Part shown: positions 42,213 through 55,625 of the stretch, piece by piece
How positions within the stretch are numbered: the first letter of the stretch is position 1
Layout: every line of letters starts with the position of its first letter
DNA from: the human T2T-CHM13v2.0 reference genome, Homo sapiens
Direction: 5' to 3' (one strand)
DNA length: 64,000 nt
NCBI RefSeq assembly: GCF_009914755.1
Contig: NC_060947.1
Program-made: the position numbers and the translations under genes
The notes under the pieces: model-generated
What the model was told of the DNA's origin: nothing
The model's input: only the letters and a program-made list of their open reading frames with translations
Database searches by the model: none

Positions 42213-43690
42213 ACCCCTTCTAGTCCTCCTCTTAGTTTCATCATAGATGGGGTACCCTAAGGCTTCTCCTTGCTTTAGAGGGATTAGAAAGAAGGATGGC
42301 CTGATTGTTCCCAGAACACAGGCCCCTGTCCATTTGGCTGGCAGCAGCCAATATGCCCATAGTTCACAGATTCAATAAGGCCAGAGGGTGCCTGCCAGGC
42401 ATTTGGATTTTCAAGCTGGTACCAAGAGTGGTTTAAGGAGGGGAAACGAGAGAATGGGCCCGGGTGGGGTGATTGGGAATCATTCCCTTTTCCCCTCTAT
42501 AAACTCTTTCCCAGTATCTCATTATAATACTGTTGTCCCAGACAAGTTAATTATCCTACTGGGTCTGTAAAGGCTTTTCCCCAGCAGGCAATGCAGAACA
42601 TCCCGACAATAGAGGTTTTTAACAGCCAGATGCTCCGACCTGTGAGCATGGGTTTGGGGGAAGGAGCCACCAGAGTGAAGTTATCATGGGGCATCAAGTC
42701 CCTTGCCTCCCATGGCCATTGGTCCCCCATGTTGGTCCCCCCACAGACATAGCATGAGGAGACGCCTAGGCTGCTGGCAATACTTTCAGCCAGTTGAACA
42801 AATAGGTTTCTGGACAAAGGGGAGGGCTCAGGCAACTCCTGGTTGATATGCTCATAAAATGACTCAAATACTAGGAATTGTTGGGCTGGACGGGTCTGAG
42901 GCTTTTTGCTAATATATAAATAGACTCCTGGGTTTGTTCCCTGACTGCAGATCTGTAATGTCATGGGGTAACCTGTAGTCCATATGGGCAGATTTGGCTC
43001 CAGGATGGTAAAATTTAAAGGACTGCAGGTTCTTATCTTATATTATGGTTTCGCTGGCATTTTGGTAAGCCTGACTGTCCCCTGTGTTCATTCGTGACTT
43101 TCCACAGGGTCAGTGGACCATGTTGTACAGGCCTAACAGTCTATTTCTGGAGACCTGGGGGAGCAAAGAGGGGTCTTCTCTTGAGAGGTTCCTCTCCTTG
43201 GTGTCCATATATACTTGTGACAGTTACTATAGTATCTTTCCCATGACAGGCTGTCACAAGAGACTACAGGATAAGAGTTGCTGACGTATGCAGCTTGGCA
43301 GGCATCAAAATACGAGGAAATAGGCCCCTTGTAGGAGGGAGGGATCTTTTTGGTTAGGGTTAGGAAGTTCTCTTCTTTTAGCCTGACATAGACTTTAAAC
43401 CAAATGGACTCATAAGGTGAGGACTTAGGGTCATAACATATATAAGGCTGGTCGTTTCCCAGGTCACAGACTGAGTAGGTCATCTGATTGTGAATACAGG
43501 TACCTTGGTGGGTCCCTGTACATTCATAGTAAGTGTGATATAACAGGGTTCTAGTTACTGTGCTCTCCGACTACGTGGTGTGAGTGCAGTGGGGGCACCT
43601 TTCTATGGGCCCATCCCCAGACACAGGTAAAGGGAGTGCCCTAATGGGGAGGAGTAGGAACAAAGTAAAGAGTAGCATCTTTATACCCAG
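42213..43690 (-). pseudogene. env: Retroviral env (signal peptide and SU only), with stops and frameshifts
   Basis: MLLFTLFLLLP signal, CPHC motif, [55 protein letters not shown]. Confidence 0.92.
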
Positions 43691-43815
43691 CAGGGACAAA
43701 AGGAGTCTTTACCCGGGGGAGGAGGCTGAGCAAAGCGACAGAATAAATAGTAAAACAATTAGTATTATCAGGAAGGCTATTGGACTTAAGATTTCCAACC
43801 ACATTACTTTACTCC

Positions 43816-43935
43816 AGCTTCAGCCATGCGTAGACTAGTCAGCTTCTGGGGTGACTAGAGCAGGGCTGTTGCCTCCTCAAGCTTCAGCCATGTGTAGACT
43901 GGTCAGCTTCCGGACTGACCAGAGCAGGGCTGTTG
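43816..43935. repeat. 64-bp tandem duplication spanning the pol stop
   Basis: agcttcagccatg..tagact..gtcagcttc...gagcagggctgttg at 43816 and 43880. Confidence 0.9.
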
Positions 43936-46900
43936 TCCTCAGTGGCAACTGGCTCCCGTCGCAGGATCAGCCGGCTTGGATGGTCTGGGTTCTGCTGGCT
44001 GGTCCACTTGTCCTGGATTTCTGGTTTTAACCAACTGTGATGGATCCAAGGCACAATTCCTGCAACTTTAACAATAGAGGGAGTGGACAAGATTACAGTA
44101 TGGAGCCCAACCCATATGGGCCCTAGAGTGGTTGGATTCCATTTCATGACCCAAACAGAGTCCCCAGGTTTGAAGGGGTGTACCGGGTCTCTCAGGCTTA
44201 TGGGCATTCTTTCCCATACCCAGCCATGGACACCCTGCATAGCTATCCCTAAAGCCTGCATTTGCCTTCTCAAAGTCAGTTCCCCTAGTTCTCGGAGGTC
44301 ACCCTTAATCTGACCTATGATGGGGGGTGGCCAGCCGAACAAGATCTCATAGGGTGAATACCCAGTTTGTTTGGTGGGGGTGCATCTGACCTGGAGGAGG
44401 ACCATGGGCAGGACCTAATCCCATCTCAGATGGGTTTCTTGGCAAAATTTCTTTAGTAGCTATTTGAGTGTCTGGTTCATGCTCTCCACTTTTCCTGAGC
44501 TCTGCGATCGATAGGCAGTGTGTAATTTCCACTTTATTTTTAACAGCCGCATTCGTTCCTGAACTATCTCGGCTACAAATCTCAGTCCTTTGTCTGACCC
44601 CAAAGTCAGGGGCAATCCAAATCTGAGGATAATGTCTCTTAACAGCACTTTAGTCACCTCTCGTGCTTTCTCTGTTCGGGTGGGGAGAGCCTTGACCCAT
44701 CCCGAGAAGGTGAAAATGAGCACCAGCAGGTATTGATAGTCCCCCACTTGGGGCAACTCAGTGAAATCCATAAGCAGGTTTTTACAGGGTGCGGCCCCTA
44801 TTTCCTGAATCCCGGGGGCCTGGTGGGCCTCTGTCGTGGGTTGTTCCGGGCACAAGTTAGGTATTGTTTGCAAATGGCTTGGGTGATGGCAGTGAGCCGT
44901 GGCACATAGAAGTGGCGTCCCAGTAGTGTTTCTAGTGCCATTTTCCCCATGTGAGTTCCTTAGTGGAATTGCCTTACGAATTTAGGGGCCAGCATTTCAG
45001 GAATGGCTAGTCTCCCATCAGAGAATTTTCACCATCCTCCCTCAATATATTTTCCAGATTCTTGGGCAAACCAGGCCTTCTCACTTGGAGAGTAACTTGG
45101 AATCTCCCGAGGGGAGGCTCCGGGAGGAGAGGGATAACCAGGGCTTCCTTTCTAGAGTGTGCAGTAGTCGTTGCTGCCTGTCTTGCTTCCCTGTCTGTCT
45201 TTCCGTTTCTCTTGGCCTCTAGTGTTCTTGACCTCTGGTGCCCTCTACAGTGCATAATAGCTACCTTCTTCAGGGCCTACACAGCTTCTAAGAGCTGTAG
45301 AATTTCCTCTTTGTACTTTATTTCTTTTCCTCCAGCAGTTAAAAGTCCTCTCTCCTTATATATAGCTCCATGTACATGCAATGTGGCAAAGGCATACTTG
45401 GAGTCAGTATAAATGTTAACCCTTTTATCTTTCACTAGCAAAAGAGCTCTCGTTAGGGCTATTAGCTCTGCCTTCTGGGTCAACATTTCGGTGGGCAGGG
45501 GCTGGGCCTCCACCACTGAGTCCAATGTTACCACCACATACCCTGCCCATTGGACCCCTTCCAATATGAAACTGCTTCGATCTGTGAAGTATTCAACATC
45601 TGGGTCTCCAAGGGGGCAATCTGTGAGATCTCCCCAACTTGAGAATACCTCATCTACTGTTTCCACACAGTCATGAAGGGGAGCTCCCGTTTCAATTGGG
45701 AACAAGGTGGCTGGGTTAAGGGTGTTTACTGTTTCCAAAGTTATGTGGGGATTCTCGCATAGGAGCCCCTGATACCGAGTCATTCTCAGATTTGATAGCC
45801 AATGGTGCCCTCGCTGGTCCATTAGAGTCATAACCGAGTGCGGATAGTCAATTGTCCCAAAGTCAATTTGTCAGCATCTTGCGTTAGCAGGGCAGTGGCA
45901 GCTAGAGCCCTAAGACAGGGGGGCCATCCCCAAGCTACAGAGTCCAGCTGTTTGGATAAGTAGGCTACCAGGCAGTGCCAAGATCCTAGGACTTGAGTCA
46001 GGACCCCTATAGCCATTCCCTTTCGTTCATGAACATACAGTGAAAAGGCTTAGTTATATCTGGCAGTCCTAAGGCCGGGACCTGAGTTAGAGCCTCCTTG
46101 ATCTGTTTAAATGCCTTTTCTTGGTCAGTTTCCCAGAGGAGGGGCTCACTTTCCACCTTTTGTGGCTTCATATAAGGGCTTAGCCATAAGTGAGAAGTTT
46201 GGGTTCCAGATATGACAAATTCTATTATTTGACGCCTATTGGTTGGGGTTGGGAGTGCACAAACAGCCTGTTTTCATTCATTGCCGAGCCAGCGTTCCCC
46301 TTGACTCACTATGAAGCCTACATATTTAACCCTTTCCTGGCAAATTGGGCTTTCTTCCTGGATACTTTATAACCAGCTTTCCATACGAAGTGGAGGAGGT
46401 CTTGGGTTCGTTGGTAACAGTCCTCACGGGTTGGTGCTACTAAAAGGAGATTGTCTACATAGTTGAGCAAGGCACAGTTATTATTTGCGGGGTGTAGACC
46501 TTGAGTTCTGGGGCCAGCGCTTCCCCCAAAATTGTGGGAGACTTTTTGAATCCTTGTGGGAGCCTAGTCCAGGTGAGCTGCTCCCCTGTGCCCGTGACTG
46601 AATCATCTCATTGAAATGCAAAGATGGGCTGACTACTTGGTGCTAGGCAAGGAAACAAAAAGGCATCTTTTAAGTCTAGGCAAGTAAACCAAGCAGCATT
46701 TGCAGGAATGAGTCCCATTAAAGTATACAGGTTTGGTACTACTGGGTGGATGGTCACTGTAGCCTGGTTTACAGCATGCAAGTTCTGCACCAGTCTGTAT
46801 TCATTAGTCCCTGGTTTCCGCACTGGCAAAAGCAGAGTGTTCCATGGTGACCAGCATTGGGCCAAGACCCTGTGTTCCAATAGCCGCTTCAAATGCCCTT

Positions 46901-47495
46901 GAATGCCCTGTACGGCTTCTTGGGAAAGTGGGTATTGACAAACCCGAACCGGAATTTCCCCCGGTTTTAGTTCTACTGTCACTGGTGCCTGGTTCCAGCC
47001 AGTCCAGGGGGCTTATCTTCAGCCCACTCCAGGAATTTTACTAGGCAACCCATACAGCTCATCTAGCTCTGGCTTTAGCAATCCTTTTGCGCACAGTCTC
47101 CATTCCTCTGCCTGTGGGACGGTAAGGGTTAACACCATTGCTTCTGGGTGGGGCAGGCTTAAAGTCATATTCCCCTGCTGCCTGAAAGCAATCTGGGCTT
47201 GCAGTTTTCGAGTAAGCCTCTTCCTATCAGGGGAACTGGGCAATTCGGGAGGTATAGGAATTCATGCTGGACCTCTAGTCCCCTTATGACATATCTCTGG
47301 GGCCAGAAGAATGGCCTTTTCTCTGGGACCCCTGTAGCCCCAACGATAGTCATAATTTTTGGATAGTGGCCCCACAGGCCATGTCACTGCCGAGTGTTCA
47401 GCCCCAGTGGCTACCATAAAGTCCATCAGTTGGCCCCCTACTTTCACCATGACCATGGGCTCCTGGCAGCCTAAGGAGATGGAGCCCGGTCTTGC
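43884..47495 (-). pseudogene. pol: Retroviral pro-pol (protease, RT, RNase H, integrase), frameshifted
   Basis: FMVATGAEHS (mutated DTGA), LDLKDAF, LLNYVDNLLL (YVDD to YVDN), QKAELIAL/IYTDSKYAF, DFTEL/FSGWVKA/SSGKVESMN, VPWIHHS. Confidence 0.95.
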
Positions 47496-49393
47496 CTAAT
47501 CTTCATACCCTTCAGTTCCTGCCAGCCGGATAAGGTCAGTGTCTGGCTCCCTCTGAATGCGGCCTCCTTTGGCTAGCAGTCTTCTAGCCCTATGGCCTTC
47601 GTCCTTTCCCTCATTGCCCTCTGGACATTCATTCTTCCAGTGTCCCTTCCTCTTGCACCAAACACACTGGTCCCTATCTAGTCTTGCCTGATTCTCAGGT
47701 CTTTTCCCGATTTGACCCCTTCCTTGTCTGCGCCCATGTCCACGTCCTCTCGCGATACTCACTCTCCTCTCCGTGAGTGCTGCCGCCAGCAAATCACTTA
47801 TGATCTTCCTAAGTCTCCGATCAGCTTCCCTTTTTGCCTCCTGGTCGCGGTTAACTTACACTTTTGTGGCTACTTCCAAAAGCTGGCATTCATGCCTGCA
47901 AAACCTTCCAGCTTTTGTAGTTTCCGCCTAATGTCTCCCTGGGCTTGTCCTACAGATGCCGTGTTCACCATGCCTTGGTTCTCATTAGCCTCGGGGTCAA
48001 ATGGTGTGTATAGCCAGAATGTCTCACAGAGTCTCTCATAAAACTGGCTAGGGCTTTCATCTGCTCTCTGAAGCACCTCCAAAATTTTTCCCATATTGAG
48101 TGCCTTTTTCCTACCTTCTCTCAAACCTTGCAGGAGTGCCTCTCAGTACCTCTGGCTAGGGCCTTCATCTGCTCTCTGAAGCACCTCCAAAATCTTTCCC
48201 ATAATGAGTGCCTTTTTCCTGCCTTCTCTCAAACCTGGCAGGAGTGCCTCTCGGTGCCTCTGGCTAGGGCTTTCATCTGCTCTCTGAAGCACCTCCGAAA
48301 TCTTTCCCGTATTGAGTGCCTTTGTCCTGCCTTCTCTCAAACCTTGTAGGAGTGCCTCTCAGAACCTCTGCAGTTGCTACAGTTGGGCTGCCTCATTTGG
48401 GTCCCAGTGTGGGTCTGCTTCTGGGAACTGGTCCAGAGTGTATGTCTGGACATTAAGGGTGCCTTGTTTTCTAGCCAGTGGAGGGGTGCTTGGGTCAGCC
48501 TCCGAAGCTCCTCGGTATTTAACAGTGTCAGGAGGTGTTGCTTGCAATCTGGCCAGGATGGATTACGTGTTTGAGAAATAGGCTGCATCAGATCTATGAG
48601 GGCCTGGGGCTTCTCTGTGTAGGAGGGAATATGGTGCTTCCAGTTAAGGCGGTCAGTGGTTGAGAAAGGCTGGTAGAGGAAGGTCCATTGCCCTCCTTGT
48701 ACCTGGCCCTGTTCATCATAATAGATGGATCCTCAAGTTTCCCAGAAGGGCATTTGTAAGGCTTGGGAGCGGCCAGACTGGAGGAGGCCTGCTTGGTCAT
48801 TTTGACTTCCCTCCCTGCATTTCTGAGGCAGTAGTTCGGACGCATCCCTTTGGGGTGAAGCCTCTGACTTACCACCATCTGAGCTTAACTCCTCAGGGGC
48901 CAGCCTCGGTAAAGGGGGGTAGATTGGAGTGTAAGGAGGAAGAATCTCTGTCTCCTCTGGTAGTTCCTGTAAAACTAGTTTCTCCTGACTCTCCTGTGGC
49001 TTTTTATTTCTCTCCAAAGCTCCCAGTAAAGTTGATCCTTCTTTCAACATAGGCTCGGCTTGGGCTACGAGCGTTTTGCAATACACTGCCAGGCAGGGCT
49101 GCAGTCACACAGGTCGAGTTTGAATTATATTTAGCCATGAGTCAATATATGGAAATCGGTCTGGATGCCCTGGCTGTCCTCTGACCACAGTCACCACCTT
49201 AAATACACGGCCAATTCTTTCCCTATCTATAGTTCCTTCGGCCGTCCATTCGACACTAAAAGAGGGCCATTCTACTTCACAGAGAGTTCTCAACCTCTGG
49301 GGGTTAACTTGATCCCATAGTCCCCTCATAACCTTTCTTAAAGTTCTCTAACATACATTCTAACAGGGTGGGTTTCGACGACTTCCCTCCCAT
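47496..49393 (-). pseudogene. gag: Retroviral gag (MA-CA-NC), disrupted
   Basis: Start MGGKSSKPTLLECML, PPYTP-like late region, MHR QRADESPSQFYERL, zinc knuckle CVWCKRKGHWKNEC, TAG before protease. Confidence 0.93.
48044..48367. repeat. 3 x 108-bp tandem repeat within gag CA
   Basis: Units start at 48044, 48152 and 48260. Confidence 0.96.
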
Positions 49394-49913
49394 TTCCTCC
49401 CAGTTACGGTGCAATTCACTCCCTCTCACTTTCGCTTCATACCGATTAGACCGTCCCTCTCGCGGGAGTACTTTAGACGCTGCTTAGCATTGGAGGCTAC
49501 GTTTTAACCCCCACAATTACTAGATTGTGGGCCACCTCCCTAAGCCATATGTGGATCACCACTAGTCCCGGTCGGTCCCACAATTCACTCAGAGTGTACA
49601 GTCTATGCTAAGAGACCTGCGGCCTCACACATGTCACTCCCCACATTGGTTCCTTTTGGAACCACCTCTTTCACACGCATTCACATACTTCCCCACTCCC
49701 AGTTCCTCTTCGCTAGTTGGGGTGTAGGTTTCATCTGACTCTGTGGGCCACTCTTGTGTCCTGGGTCAAACTACTCAGTACACCCCGGGTGCAAGTTTCA
49801 TCTGACTTTGCGAGTCACTCTCGCACCCTAGGTCAGAATACTTAACGCACCCCCGGGAGGTGATCAGGCTCCCTTTCTGTCCTTATGGGACGAGTCCTGC
49901 CTTGGGCCCCAAA

Positions 49914-49922
49914 CCTTACCAT
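49914..49922 (-). promoter_or_regulatory. Probable major splice donor in the proviral leader (ATG|GTAAGG)
   Basis: Plus strand reads ccttaccat, ~200 nt downstream of the PBS. Confidence 0.55.
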
Positions 49923-50126
49923 GGTCCTGTAGCACACTGTCCCTGGAATCATCCTGAAGCCCCTTACATTCCGTTGTGCAGACTGGGAGGGGCACCAGGT
50001 CACAGGAGAACCAATCCCTTCTCCAGGTTAAGTTCCCACGATAGCACCTGAGGTCATAGGTCTCCCCCGGCTTGGGGCCCCAGACCCACAGGCAAAGGAG
50101 ACAGCAAACAAACCTGTTGTCTCCAA

Positions 50127-50144
50127 CTCCTGGCTGGCTCACCA
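50127..50144 (-). promoter_or_regulatory. Primer binding site, tRNA-Arg
   Basis: TGGTGAGCCAGCCAGGAG; complementary to the tRNA-Arg(ACG) 3' end CTCCTGGCTGGCTCGCCA with one CpG-type mismatch. Confidence 0.88.
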
Positions 50145-50147
50145 AAA

Positions 50148-50669
50148 TGTCGCGGGAATCAGGAGACGGGAAAGACCAATAGGGTGGAACAGGAGGATTT
50201 TATTTAGGTGCACCGGCTCAGCAGGATTGCACCCAAAAGGCCGAGCCCCAGACAAATACAGGGCTTGACTTTTATACATGCATCTGTGGTGTGAAATGCA
50301 GCGGCTTGAAAGCGGGTAGAACAAAGACAGTTTAACAAAAAGTGACAGGCTCTTAACTCAGGCTTTCATGTGACTCTTGCTATGCGGGCCATGTGGCTGT
50401 TATCTAGGCTTGCTCAAGATGCTTGCACAATCTTATTTCATGTCTTTCTCAATGGAGCCCAGATGGCTGAAATCTAAGCTTGCTCAAGCATTTCTCATGA
50501 CCTCCGTGGTGCTACAGACACTAGTTACAGAAAACAGGAATGTATAAACTCATAAAAACTTGCAGAGCAGGGTACAAGGGCATGGAGCAGGGAGGGATTA
50601 AAGAGGTAAGCTGTTCATACCAAAGAAATGGAAGAAAATTTGTTTTTTCCCTTTTTAACTTCTGCTTCA
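50148..50669 (-). promoter_or_regulatory. 5' LTR of the ERV3-like provirus
   Basis: TG...CA ends, minus-strand TATAAAA at 50270-50276 and AATAAA at 50199-50204, adjacent PBS. Confidence 0.9.
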
Positions 50670-51122
50670 GTACTAACAAGAGCAAAGACATGGAATCAAC
50701 CTAAATGCCCAACAGTGGTAGACTGGATAAAGAAAATGTGGTATATGTACACTATGGAATACTACATAGCCATAAAAAGACTGAGATCATGTCCTTTGCA
50801 ACAACATGGATGGAGCTGAGGCCACTATCCTAAGTGAACTAATGCAAGATTGAAAACCAAATACTGCATGTTCTTATTTATAACTGGGAGCTAAACTTTG
50901 AATATACAGCGACAAAAAGAAGGAAACTATAGAAATCAGGGGCTACTTGAGGGTGGAGGGTGGCTGGCGGGTGAGGATTGAAAAACTACCTATCAGGTAC
51001 TATGTATATTGCCTGGGTGATGAAATAATATGTTCATCAGACCTCCACAATATACAATTTCTTTGTATGAAAAACCTGCACATGTATTTCTGAACCTAAA
51101 AGAATAGTGAAAAGAGTAAAAT
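50670..51122 (+). mobile_element. L1PA (L1PA15/16-like) 3' end, probable host of the provirus
   Basis: gcaaagacatggaatcaacctaaatgccc...gaaaaactacctatcaggtactatg. Confidence 0.88.
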
Positions 51123-51479
51123 ACATTTTAAAAGAAGTTTGAAAATAAATGTCTTAAATTACTACCTAAAAATGCAGAGAAAAAGAAAGCACAAGTGAAA
51201 ATGTTTATCTTAGACATCAGATATTACATTATGATAAAATGAGCCATTTTTGTTAAATCATAAGTTGACAATTATAAGTCAGGTAGGGCTGCCATTTCTG
51301 GTTGTACATAGGGTTCACTACATAAGTTATTGGCTGCAAACATATATGGGGATTGAGATCCAGCTCATGCTGGAGTACAGAGTGCTTTGTCCTATGTTAT
51401 TATGAATCTTAATCAATCCATAAAGATATGTGACTGCAACGCTATGTAAACTAGTGGGGACATATTTTTTCTAACACCT

Positions 51480-53330
51480 TCACATGTCTGGTGTACCCCA
51501 AACATCATAGAAAATAAATGTAAAACACAACTACAACCTTAATTTAGATATATTTATGTTTTTCTCTATCCATGCAATATTTGGTGAAAATATCAATCAT
51601 ATGCTTGGCAATAAATAATTTATGTATATTTGAAAATATACATATATGTATATTTGAAAGTAATATATATATAATATATAACTGAAAATTATAAAATCCT
51701 TACAATATATGATAATAATCCAACACAATCAGAAAACAATAATAAAATAGCAATAATAAAAAGTGTAAACAAAAAGCATTAACTGTGTGGATATCTGAAA
51801 CATCCTTATAAAATTTCAATAAAAGAGAATATCAAAAGTGAAATATAAAAATATATGTAGCATGAATTGATAAAAACACCTTATATCCAAAGTTATGAAA
51901 TATAATTCTCAAAGAAAAAATTAAAACTTTATTTTAATTACAAGAAGAAACCAAAAAAATAAGAGTTTGCTACTCTCGAGAAATTAGGAAAAAAATGACA
52001 AAATTAACCAAAAGAAAGAAAAAGGAATTAGTTAACATAACAGATAACATTAAGTTAATTAAACAGTAAATAAATAAATAAATATAATGAATTGGATGTG
52101 TATGTGGAAATAATTTTCTCTTTTTTATCGTTTAGTAAAATGGATAAATTATTTATGAGGAAAAAAGCTAAAATAGCTGATTATATAAATGAGAAAAGGC
52201 AAGAATCATAACTAGTAATTTAACATTTTTAAGAATTTGATATATGCACATCTATGAAAATAAATTTGGACACCTTTAACAAAAGAATGATTTCCTAGAA
52301 AAATATCAATAAAGTTAACTTTAAAAATACTTAAATTCAGCAATTACCACAGCACAGATTAGAAAGTTGATTTATAATTTTCTATTGAAAAGGGAGCCAC
52401 TAAAAGATGTATCTTTTCTATCTAATCTAGAACTGATACTAAAAGATGTATCAGTTCCATCTAATCTTTAAAAGGATAGGTTATTGAAATGTTTATTATA
52501 TTATGAGATGGTAGAAAATGACGAGTAATTCTCTACTATAGTGTATGTGGTCACAGTAAGTTTAATACTAAAAATTTAATATAGTACAGAAATAAAACTA
52601 TAGGCCAATTTCACTTATCAATATAGATGTAAATTTTTAAACTACTTAGTAGATGTAATCCAGCAATATAATGCTGGGTCTCAGTAACTGATAGCCCCAA
52701 AGTAATATGATGCTTTGACATGCTGAAGCAGAAGTTTCAAGGTCTCTCTGACCTTCCACACCTCTACGCACCACCCATCTTCCATCACTCCCAAAGCACA
52801 GGATAAAGTTAGTCTCCGAAGTTCTATTTTCTGCCTATAGTTCAGATTTCCAAAGAAGAAAACAATTACCTCTGGTCCGTTCCCTGAGTTTCATTAACTG
52901 AACTCATATCACAGGAAGAAAAACTGAAGGCTGTCAAAACACCTGCTCAGACTTTCGTCATAAACCATTGTTTGTTGTATGGGCCCAACAGAGCTTCTGC
53001 CAGGTTATTGTATTTTCTTCAAGTCCATTGGATTTTCCTGAAAAAAAAAAAATTGCTGCCCTCTGAAAATCATCCATGCTTCCCCATCTTCCTTTTCCCT
53101 AAGAAGAATGGATATAAGCATCTGTATGCCATTGGGTGATAGGGTAATCAATCCGTGATTCCCCTCTTCTGCCATGTACACTAATACACTTTAAGTCTTC
53201 TCTCCTATTAGTCTACCTTTTCTCAGTTGATTCTCAGTGAACTTTTAGAGGGTGAAGGGGGAATTTTCCATTTGACCCTACAAGTAGAATGTATTTGAGG
53301 AATATAAGGGTGATTCAATATTAGATGGTA
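51480..53330 (+). mobile_element. Old L1M ORF2 remnants, interrupted by an LTR
   Basis: aactataggccaatttcacttatcaatatagatg...aatccagcaata and aagggtgattcaatattag. Confidence 0.6.
52672..53282 (+). mobile_element. MER34/MER39-group solo LTR
   Basis: TG...CA ends; similar to 23956-24565. Confidence 0.78.
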
Positions 53331-53598
53331 GCTACTAATCAGCAAAACATGTTTTAAAATTTCAGAATAGACTTTGTCTCAAGAATTTGGCTCTGAAAAT
53401 CAAGAGTACTGACCTTCAGACTATTTTCTCTGTCATTGACTTTAGAATCTCTATCTTAAAATCATTGCTGAGCAATGACTTTTTATTCTTGGCTCTACCT
53501 GCACTCTCCCCAAGGGTAATGAATGTTGCTCATTTTATATGTGAAAAAAAGAAAAAAATAATATGAAAGAAGAGTATCATCTTAAAATGTCCAGATTC

Positions 53599-53971
<373 letters not shown>

Positions 53972-54053
53972 TAGGACATCCAACTCTCAATTATCTGTTC
54001 ACATGGTAGAGACTGATAACTTGGTCAATAAGAATTTATATAACTCTGGATAA

Positions 54054-54362
<309 letters not shown>

Positions 54363-54523
54363 TTACAGAGAAATTTTAACTGAAATTTGATCTAATAAAA
54401 GTTTAACATCACGTTAAATTTTTGATATGTGATGCATAAATTTAAATGAAATCAATGGCTTCTGGCAAACACAAATCTTTCTTTCACTACAGGTTTGTTT
54501 TATATCTTCTAGCACTCCATATT

Positions 54524-54838
<315 letters not shown>

Positions 54839-54849
54839 TTAATGAAATA

Positions 54850-55600
54850 AAACATCATAGATATTCTTTTGTCTGGTTCTAATGTTCAACATAATAATTT
54901 GAAAGCTTATCTAGGTTGTTTGTATATATCAATATTTTCTTATATTGTTGAAAATTACTTTATCGTGTGACTATACCCATATTCACTGATGTATTCACCT
55001 ATTCGTGTATTTTGCAGTTGTTTATATTTTTAGCTACTATGAAATATTTGTTATGAGTAGTTATTTTAGTCTTTTGATGATATGTACTTTCATTTATTTT
55101 AATTAAAAGTGGAATTACTGGGCAATATAGTAGGTGTGTACTTAACTTTATACAAAGCTGATACACAATTCTACAAATAAGTTGTAGCATTGTGCATTTC
55201 TAGAAGTAATATGTGAAATTAGTAGCTCCACCTTCTTGTTATCACTTCAGATTATAAATCTTATTAAATTTAGCCTTTTTAGTTTGTGTGTAGTCGTATA
55301 AAATTATGGCTGTTAGTTGCATTTTTGTGATGAACAATCAAGCTAAACAACTTTCATGTCTTTCAACAATTTTCTCCATTTTTTTATTGCCTAGGCTTCT
55401 TAGAAAGTTATAACGTTTTGTTTTACATTTTAGATGCCAGGTTTCTTTATCTAATATACAATTTTGAAATATTTTCTTTGGTTCAAGGTTTATTTTTTCC
55501 ATGCAGAAAGTCAATTTATTCTTCATCATTTGGTAAAAATTTTAGGCTTTTCTCATTTAATGTGTGTGGATGTTTTGTCAAAAATTAGGCGACCACGTTT
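54850..55600 (-). mobile_element. Old L1ME fragment
   Basis: aagtggaattactgggcaatatagtagg, ttgcatttttgtgatg. Confidence 0.6.
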
Positions 55601-55625
55601 TCTGCATTCAGATATGATATCAAAC

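Larger units (their letters stand above)
42213..50669 (-). mobile_element. ERV3/HERV-R-like class I provirus, 3'-truncated and defective
   Basis: LTR-PBS(Arg)-gag-pro-pol-env order; Env peptides closely resemble ERV3-1 Env. Confidence 0.93.

Noticed and set aside
43884-47495. Functional pol or replication-competent ERV
   Set aside because: Multiple frameshifts and stops, catalytic motifs mutated (ATGA, YVDN), no TM or 3' LTR
48044-48367. Regularly spaced repeats as a CRISPR-like array (also 7970-8041)
   Set aside because: Head-to-tail units with no unique spacers, in primate DNA
50127-50144. tRNA gene
   Set aside because: Only an 18-nt primer binding site, no cloverleaf
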